Shown here piece after piece: positions 57,871 to 64,000 of a stretch of DNA of 64,000 nucleotides (position 1 is its first letter; every line of letters begins with the position of its first letter). The DNA is from an uncultured Methanosarcinales archaeon. Lineage in GTDB: Archaea > Nanobdellota > Nanobdellia > Woesearchaeales > CAYVYK01. The position numbers were made by a program, and so were the translations under genes. The stretch lies in assembly GCA_964455675.1 (NCBI GenBank), contig CAYVYK010000002.1, forward strand, positions 7,791 to 71,790, read 5' to 3'. The notes under the pieces are model-generated. The model was not told the DNA's origin. It made no database searches and was given only the letters and a program-made list of their open reading frames with translations.

Positions 57871-58219
57871 GGCTGAGAAGGTCAAGGAACAGGCAAAGAT
57901 TGAGATCAGGCGTTTTTTTGATCTCGCGCGTTCTGAATTTACGACAAACCCTACCCGCGCCCACAGGTATATGGACGTTGCTCACAGCCTTGCACTTCGC
58001 ACGAAGTCAAGGTTTCCAAGTGACATGAAGCGCCAGTTCTGCAAGAAATGTCATCATTTTCTCGTCCCAGGTAATAACCTCCTCGTGCGGACTAAGGAAG
58101 GTCATATGATATTCACGTGCAGGGACTGCGGACATGTCATGCGATTTGGATACCTCAAAGAGAAGAATGAACGCAAAAAGCAGCGTACTCATTCCGTATC
58201 AGTTGGACTTCCTGAGTAA
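57854..58219 (+). CDS. rnp4: RNase P protein component Rpp21 (Rpr2)
   Basis: Helical N-terminal region and C-terminal zinc ribbon CKKCHHFLVPG...CRDCGHV. Confidence 0.75.
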   Translation: MARYHKAEKVKEQAKIEIRRFFDLARSEFTTNPTRAHRYMDVAHSLALRTKSRFPSDMKRQFCKKCHHFLVPGNNLLVRTKEGHMIFTCRDCGHVMRFGYLKEKNERKKQRTHSVSVGLPE

Positions 58220-58251
58220 AACATATTAATCTCCTTGACTTTGTTTTTGCT

Positions 58252-58836
58252 ATGAAGCTGATTCTAGTTCGTCATGGGGAAACTGACCGGAATGCAAAAC
58301 GGATCACCGACGGCCACGGTGCGAGTCCTCTTAACGCGAATGGCAGAGCGCAGTGTGAGTTAACAGGTAAGCGTCTCTCAAAGGAGCGTATTGACATCAT
58401 GTTCGTGAGTGATCTCAAGAGAACTCGTGAGACCGCAAGCATTATTCTCCCATATCTGCCCAGTGTCCCAGTATTCTTCGACCCAATGATTCGGGAGAAG
58501 TCCGCAGGGTTTCTCGAGGGAAGAACACATGAAGAGATATCCGCTTACATTGAACAGCATAAGTTGGACTGGGAAACATTTGAGCCTGAGGGCGGGGAAA
58601 GCCAAAAGGACCTCAGAGATAGGGTTATCGTATTTTTTGAAATGATCCAAAGGAAGTACCCAAAGAAGAACCTGCTTATCATTACGCATGGAGGCGTTAT
58701 CCATGCTCTATTACAGCATTTGTCGCTTCCAACCGACGATGGATTTGCCAACTGCTCAGTCACCATCGTGAAGATTCTGGAAAAACCCGAATTGCTGGTC
58801 TTTAACGATACTTCCCATCTCGCGGGGAAAAAATGA
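58252..58836 (+). CDS. Histidine phosphatase family (phosphoglycerate mutase-like) protein
   Basis: LVRHGETDRN RHG motif and second His in ITHGGVIHAL. Confidence 0.75.
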   Translation: MKLILVRHGETDRNAKRITDGHGASPLNANGRAQCELTGKRLSKERIDIMFVSDLKRTRETASIILPYLPSVPVFFDPMIREKSAGFLEGRTHEEISAYIEQHKLDWETFEPEGGESQKDLRDRVIVFFEMIQRKYPKKNLLIITHGGVIHALLQHLSLPTDDGFANCSVTIVKILEKPELLVFNDTSHLAGKK

Positions 58837-58854
58837 TAGCTAGAAAATAGACCA

Positions 58855-59943
58855 TTAGAATTTTTCAATCGTGATTTTGCCCTCTTCAATCCGTATCACG
58901 ATATCATGTGCTGCGGAAAGCTTGGCAAGCTTGGTTACAATCTCTGGCAATAAGAGCTTGTTCCCTCTTAGGTCTGCCGTCGTGATCATCTCGTGATGTT
59001 GCTTCTCGGTATGGCCTATTCCAGCATGCTGGAAGATGTCCCTGCTGTCTTTTTTCTGGCGTGCCTGTATCGTCTCCTCAGTTTTTTTCCGCAAGAATTT
59101 TGCGATTTTTTCTGCCACATTCACTTTCGTCGCTGCAGTAATGCCCTGTAGGCCCGGCGAGAGGTTTACCTCGAGGACTGCGTATCCTCGTGATGTACGG
59201 AGCAAGTCGACACCGGCGATCTGCGCGCCAATTGCTTTTGCCGCCTCAATCGCGATCCGTTCGCCCGCCCCATCAAGGTCGTACGCCTTTCCTTCGCCTC
59301 CAGCGTGGATGTTTGCCCGAATATCCCCTTCTGCGCTCTGTCGTTCCATACATGCGACTACTCGATCTCCAACGACAAATGCCCGAATGTCCTTTCCGCC
59401 AGTCTCAAGATACTCCTGGATGAGAATGAATTGGTTCAAAGCGTCAAGTGCGTCGAGCATGCTGCATGCGGACGCATATGAATCTGAGACCATAACGCCT
59501 TTTCCCTGCGTTCCTGAGGGAAATTTCATGATGATGGGAAAGTGCATCTCGCGCATCACTTTTTTCGCCTCATCGACGGTACTGGTAATGTAGGTTTTGG
59601 GGATGGGAACTTTTGCCTGCTCGAGCGCGATTGCTGTGAGAACCTTATTTTGTGCGATGGAAAATGCTCGGGGGGATGTTGGCATGAAGCATGCTCCCTT
59701 ATCCGTAAAGCTTTGCGAAAGGATCTGCATCGGTACAGTGTATCTGAATGAACCTTTGAGATAGATGCAGTCATAGTCTTTCTCGAGTTTTTCGCCGTTG
59801 TAGTGAACGCCGCTGCCGCGATCGCCTATCGAGATTTCGAACTTGTTGAGGTCGAGCGCATCGACTTCATCGAACACGCGTTGCATTTCCTCAAGAGTCC
59901 ATTTAGAGCTTGTGCTTCCAAGACTGATGATCGCTGCTTTCAT
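58855..59943 (-). CDS. RimK-family ATP-grasp alpha-L-glutamate ligase with ~70-aa C-terminal extension
   Basis: ATP-grasp pattern (KFPSGTQGKGV; DLLRTSRGYAVLEVNLSPG); 362 aa versus ~300 for typical RimK. Confidence 0.7.
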   Translation of the reverse strand: MKAAIISLGSTSSKWTLEEMQRVFDEVDALDLNKFEISIGDRGSGVHYNGEKLEKDYDCIYLKGSFRYTVPMQILSQSFTDKGACFMPTSPRAFSIAQNKVLTAIALEQAKVPIPKTYITSTVDEAKKVMREMHFPIIMKFPSGTQGKGVMVSDSYASACSMLDALDALNQFILIQEYLETGGKDIRAFVVGDRVVACMERQSAEGDIRANIHAGGEGKAYDLDGAGERIAIEAAKAIGAQIAGVDLLRTSRGYAVLEVNLSPGLQGITAATKVNVAEKIAKFLRKKTEETIQARQKKDSRDIFQHAGIGHTEKQHHEMITTADLRGNKLLLPEIVTKLAKLSAAHDIVIRIEEGKITIEKF

Positions 59944-60290
59944 GGGTTCGTCCCCGGCACGATAACAAAGTCATGGATAAGAATGTTGCGTCCGATGAGG
60001 AGCGGATATTTCATGTTCTTTCGGTTTGCAATAGTGAACTCTCCCTGGATGCTTTTTCCTTTCAGCATGATAGTGAATATGTGAACTGGTCGATTATACA
60101 CTCCTTGTGCGTTTCGCACAGCTTTTTCCCTAATCTTGCCCCCACTTCCAAGCTCTTCTGCGAGGACCGCATCTATCGAACTCACGCTTGCCCCAGTATC
60201 AATTCGCGCAAGGACACTCCTTGATGCCTTCGTTCCCTGGACGTCCACTTGTTCAACCACGGACAGAACAGTTTTTCCATCGACAGTCAT
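59940..60290 (-). CDS. Retropepsin-like aspartic protease (RimB / ATP-dependent zinc protease family, PF05618-like)
   Basis: Active-site ARIDTGAS (D-T/S-G-A); 116 aa; 4-nt overlap with the rimK-like gene. Confidence 0.65.
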   Translation of the reverse strand: MTVDGKTVLSVVEQVDVQGTKASRSVLARIDTGASVSSIDAVLAEELGSGGKIREKAVRNAQGVYNRPVHIFTIMLKGKSIQGEFTIANRKNMKYPLLIGRNILIHDFVIVPGTNP

Positions 60291-60395
60291 AGATCCACTC
60301 TCTCTGTATCACGCATATTTTGACCTGTTCGGTCACTTTCTACTCACATATAAAAGTATGGGAACAGAAGGTTTATATAAATTGGTGCGTAAAAT

Positions 60396-61523
60396 ATGTG
60401 TATGAGGTTCCTCGTTGTTGCCGTTGTTCTTCTAGTTTTGGTATCTTGCTCACCGGCCAATAAGTATGATAACCTCGCGCAGGCTCCAGTGACCGGGTAC
60501 GCGATCCGTGTTGACGACGGTCCAATCTTTGCCGGTGTCAAGGTCAAGGCACCCCATATGCCTTCGGCATTTTTGTTGAATGGAGCGCCAGAAGAGGTAA
60601 ATCCGGTTACAGATTATTCCGCCGTTCCACTGACAGGTATGGTCGTCAGTAAAAGCGGAGAGGATATGACCGTGGGTATGACTCCGTCAACGGTTGCGGC
60701 AGGCCAAACGGTAACGATCAATGTGAATCCCACATCAGCGGGCGCGTATCGATATGTGCTGGTCTATCGAGAGAACGGAGTATTCAAAACGACACTCGAG
60801 CTTCCCTGTGTTGAAGTGTGTACAGACTCCGTTTCGAAGAATCTGGATATCCCAGCAACGTGGGCTCCGGGTGGCTATGAAGTCCGCGTGTTTGACTATG
60901 CATCCCAGACCTGGCAGAAATCAGAATTCGTCGTCGAGCGCGGAAACGATAATGTTCCATATATTTATACGGACACACCAAGTTCCTCCGGCGCTGTGCT
61001 CTTCGTGCATTTTAACGGCGGTTCGGAGGGTTTCGGACCGGTCATGACTATCTACCGTGACGACAGGCTGATGATGGCCTATCAGGTTTGTGAGAGGGCT
61101 TGTTCCGGAGAGAAGTCTGTTGGGCTCGATGTGCCCGCGTCATGGCCTGCAGGTATGTACACACTGCATTACATTGACTACAACGATCCGAAGAGGCAGG
61201 CAAAGAGTCTTGAGTTTGAGATTGTGGGAGGCGGCCAGGTATTTCCGCTTGATGTGACACTGCAGAGTCCAGCAGTACAGCGGGGTTCAGAGCTGCGTGG
61301 TGTTGTCAGCAAGTCAACGTATGGCGCATCCGAGGTCTATGCGATTCTTGCGAAGGATGGGAGTATTGTTAGAGAGGGGTACTTTAGCGTGGATGATTAT
61401 CGGATATTTGATAGGTACGAGTTTGCGGTGTTTGTGGATCTAGATCCAGGTGAGTATTTCCTATCAGTGTATGATTACCAGCAGGAGAGGCCGCAGAGCC
61501 TTCCTTTCTCCGTTTTTGAGTGA
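60396..61523 (+). CDS. Secreted lipoprotein-like protein with four ~85-aa repeats
   Basis: Signal plus LVSCSP lipobox-like; repeated C..C ... PA(S/T)W.PG.Y....DY units. Confidence 0.55.
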   Translation: MCMRFLVVAVVLLVLVSCSPANKYDNLAQAPVTGYAIRVDDGPIFAGVKVKAPHMPSAFLLNGAPEEVNPVTDYSAVPLTGMVVSKSGEDMTVGMTPSTVAAGQTVTINVNPTSAGAYRYVLVYRENGVFKTTLELPCVEVCTDSVSKNLDIPATWAPGGYEVRVFDYASQTWQKSEFVVERGNDNVPYIYTDTPSSSGAVLFVHFNGGSEGFGPVMTIYRDDRLMMAYQVCERACSGEKSVGLDVPASWPAGMYTLHYIDYNDPKRQAKSLEFEIVGGGQVFPLDVTLQSPAVQRGSELRGVVSKSTYGASEVYAILAKDGSIVREGYFSVDDYRIFDRYEFAVFVDLDPGEYFLSVYDYQQERPQSLPFSVFE

Positions 61524-61610
61524 GCCCTCACGCCTTCCTTGCACAAGGATGCAGATCGGAAATTCCTGATGATGAACAGCCCAAGCTATCGGAATACACA
61601 ACTTTTTTAA

Positions 61611-63557
61611 ATGAGGATTTCCTTCCGAATGATCATGGCAGCGAAGAAGAAAGCAGTTGCAAGTCCTTCTTCAAAGTTCAATGCGAAATATAAGACGACG
61701 GCTGATCTCTCGATTCCTGAACAGACTATTGATCAGGTAATCGGACAGGATGAAGCAGTCAATACGGTGAGGAAGGCATCTGAGCAGCGTAGGCACGTTC
61801 TCCTTATTGGAGAACCAGGCACCGGTAAGTCTATGCTTGGTATGGCGCTTGCCTCCCTTCTTCCCAAGGAAAAGATGGTAGATATCCTCGCGTTTCAGAA
61901 TCCAAACGATGAGCAAGCTCCCCTCATCAGGGCGTGTCCCGCGGGTAAGGGGCGCGAAATTGTTGCTCAGGCAAAGCTTGAGAATCTTTCCATGTTCCGT
62001 GGCCAGAACATCATCTTCTTCGTCCTCCTGATCATTGTCTCGATCATTCCTTACTATCTTTACTACAAGAAGATATTTCCATTTGACAGCCCCACAGTAT
62101 TTGCGGCTTCCATGATCAGCAGCATGGTATTCTTGGTTGGTCTTATCCTCTTTATGAATCTGAACAAGCGTATGGCCCAATCGAGAAAACCGGTTCCAAA
62201 ACTGATTGTGGATAATTATGATAAGAAACAGATTCCGTTCTTTGACGCGACGGGGGCGCATGCTGGCGCGCTTTTAGGTGATGTGCTGCATGATCCTTTC
62301 CAGACTGGTGGTCTTGGTACTCCAGCACATGAACGTGTAGTTGCTGGCCTTATTCACAAATCTCACATGGGAGTCCTTTTTATCGATGAGATAGCAACCC
62401 TTGAACCCGCGACGCAGCAGGAACTCCTGACTGCCATCCAGGACGGGAAACTACCGATTACAGGGCAGTCCGAGCGCAGCGCTGGCGCGATGGTCCGCAC
62501 AGAACCCGTTCCGTGCAAGTTCATCATGATTGCAGCGGGGAATTTTGAGACGATTCGGCACATGCACCCAGCTCTCAGGTCGCGTATCCGAGGGTACGGG
62601 TACGAGGTCTATATGGAGGAGTCCATGAAGGACACGGAGAGTAATCGCCAAAAGATTGCAACATTCGTCGCCCAGGAAGTGGTGAAGGATGGAAAGATTC
62701 CTCATTTTGACCGTGGAGCTGTCGAGGAGATCATCGAGATGGCGCGCCGCATGGCGAACCGGAAAGGCCATCTGACCCTGAGGCTACGGGAGCTTGGTGG
62801 ACTTATCAGAGCGTCCGGTGACTACGCGAAGACGACAAAGGCGGATATAGTGACAAAGGAACATATCAAAGCCGCACAGCGCGTTGCCCGCGGCCTTGAG
62901 CAGCAGATCGCTGATAAATTCATCGAACGAAAGAAGGAGTATGAAGTCATTATTACGCAAGGTCAGCTTGTCGGCCGCGTGAATGGCCTTGCTGTCATGG
63001 GAACGGGAAGCGCGCTCTCGGGTATCATTCTTCCAATCGAGAGTGAAGTGACTCCCGGCGGAAAGGAAAAGGAGATCATCGCGACTGGAAAACTTGGAGA
63101 GATCGCGAAGGAAGCCGTTATCAACGTCTCAGCTCTGATCAAGAAGTATTTTGGTGAGGATATCAAGGAGAATTATGACCTATACGTCCAGTTCCTCCAG
63201 ACATACGAGGGTGTGGAAGGCGATTCCGCATCCATCGCGATTGCAACATCCATCATCAGCGCGTTCCACAAGATTCCGATTAAGCAGGAGTTTGCGATGA
63301 CGGGCAGCATGTCTGTTCGCGGCAACGTGCTTCCTGTGGGTGGTGTTACGAGCAAAGTTGAAGCCGCGATCGAAGCGGGCATTAAGCATGTTATTGTGCC
63401 AAAATCCAACATACGGGATATCATTATTGATGAGTCAAAGCTGAAAATGATAAACATCCACCCGGTTGAACACATTATTGAGGTACTTGAGCTCGCGCTT
63501 GTCTGGAAGGGCAAGGAAGATGTTCTCAAGCGGATTAAGTCAGGTCATACGAAGTGA
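61611..63557 (+). CDS. lonB: Archaeal membrane-bound Lon protease LonB
   Basis: Walker [10 protein letters not shown]; two-TM insertion inside the AAA+ domain; C-terminal Lon domain with catalytic Ser in [10 protein letters not shown] and Lys in GVTSKVEAA. Confidence 0.9.
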   Translation: MRISFRMIMAAKKKAVASPSSKFNAKYKTTADLSIPEQTIDQVIGQDEAVNTVRKASEQRRHVLLIGEPGTGKSMLGMALASLLPKEKMVDILAFQNPNDEQAPLIRACPAGKGREIVAQAKLENLSMFRGQNIIFFVLLIIVSIIPYYLYYKKIFPFDSPTVFAASMISSMVFLVGLILFMNLNKRMAQSRKPVPKLIVDNYDKKQIPFFDATGAHAGALLGDVLHDPFQTGGLGTPAHERVVAGLIHKSHMGVLFIDEIATLEPATQQELLTAIQDGKLPITGQSERSAGAMVRTEPVPCKFIMIAAGNFETIRHMHPALRSRIRGYGYEVYMEESMKDTESNRQKIATFVAQEVVKDGKIPHFDRGAVEEIIEMARRMANRKGHLTLRLRELGGLIRASGDYAKTTKADIVTKEHIKAAQRVARGLEQQIADKFIERKKEYEVIITQGQLVGRVNGLAVMGTGSALSGIILPIESEVTPGGKEKEIIATGKLGEIAKEAVINVSALIKKYFGEDIKENYDLYVQFLQTYEGVEGDSASIAIATSIISAFHKIPIKQEFAMTGSMSVRGNVLPVGGVTSKVEAAIEAGIKHVIVPKSNIRDIIIDESKLKMINIHPVEHIIEVLELALVWKGKEDVLKRIKSGHTK

Positions 63558-63620
63558 CCACGGAAAACCAGCAGTAGACTTTATATACCAGCAATTCTGG
63601 GATAATGTTTCGTGGGGATA

Positions 63621-64000
63621 ATGAGAGGGATACTGACAGTTATCGTGCTATTAATGACTATCGCAGGTATAGTCAGCGGGGACGAAATTTCTGGCATGAC
63701 AGTCTATCCTTCCCTCTCAAAAGAATGCACTAGCAGCTGGCAGTGTTCTGCATGGAGTTTTTGCGTCGAGGGCGTTCAGACGAGGATGTGCGAAGATCTG
63801 AATAAGTGTGAGGGTAGCGCTCAGCCTGATGTGAAGATGCCTTGCGCTGACCGCATGGAGACAGGCGAAGAGCTTATCGACCAGGTATTTCCCGCCCTGC
63901 AGATAATAAAAGCAGAGCGAAAAGACACTGATTCTAATCCGCCGATAGACTTCGAAATGCCCAGAGATGAACCGGAAGAGGACCCTGCTGAACAGACTCC
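63621..64000 (+). CDS. Partial (5' part) secreted Cys-rich protein, runs off the window end
   Basis: ATG at ~63621 followed by signal peptide MRGILTVIVLLMTIAGIVSG and Cys-rich sequence; open to the end of the window. Confidence 0.4.
   Translation, partial: MRGILTVIVLLMTIAGIVSGDEISGMTVYPSLSKECTSSWQCSAWSFCVEGVQTRMCEDLNKCEGSAQPDVKMPCADRMETGEELIDQVFPALQIIKAERKDTDSNPPIDFEMPRDEPEEDPAEQT

Noticed and set aside
1-64000. Integrase, transposase, IS elements, rRNA genes
   Set aside because: No ORF with integrase (R..H..R..Y) or DDE transposase motifs and no rRNA-like conserved segments noticed; the tRNA-associated island appears to lack its own recombinase within this window.

Overview
Archaeal chromosomal window. 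The archaeal assignment rests on the gene set: archaeal-type SRP54, Kae1, aIF2-gamma, Pth2, PsmA, RNase P proteins Pop5 and Rpp21, membrane-bound LonB, S26 signal peptidase, and the exosome superoperon (Pop5-PsmA-SBDS-Rrp4-Rrp41-Rrp42). The window is gene-dense with many overlapping start/stop codons, and GTG/TTG starts appear to be used. No rRNA, CRISPR array, integrase or transposase was seen. One tRNA gene, tRNA-Lys(CUU), was found. The rest is accessory: two ABC exporter cassettes (one PadR-linked with a COG1361-like surface protein, one YhgE/Pip-like), a Zn transporter, Lrp, PEBP, RimK plus a retropepsin-like protease, and an unusually large set of secreted or membrane-anchored proteins. 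The most striking feature is a three-gene minus-strand operon (47385-56866) encoding a cytoplasmic coiled-coil protein, a 667-aa N-terminally anchored extracellular protein and a 2053-aa giant surface protein. The giant protein has N-terminal FN3/Ig-like domains and a ~1300-aa cysteine-rich region with no recognisable fold; it is a candidate novel cell-surface or host-interaction system, as seen in small-genome, DPANN-like archaea. Other notable points: the tRNA-Lys is followed 37 nt later by an exact 12-nt copy of its own 3' end (an integration scar), then three copies of a GNRA-hairpin repeat, then a membrane-anchored peptidoglycan amidase (Amidase_2/PGRP), which is unexpected in an archaeon. 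There is also an FHA-domain protein translationally coupled to an unknown partner next to HisRS, an unannotated 44-aa ribbon-helix-helix-like ORF, and several palindromic candidate operator sites. All functional calls come from motif recognition by eye; no database searches were run. Coordinates I derived from the sequence lines may be off by 1-2 nt.
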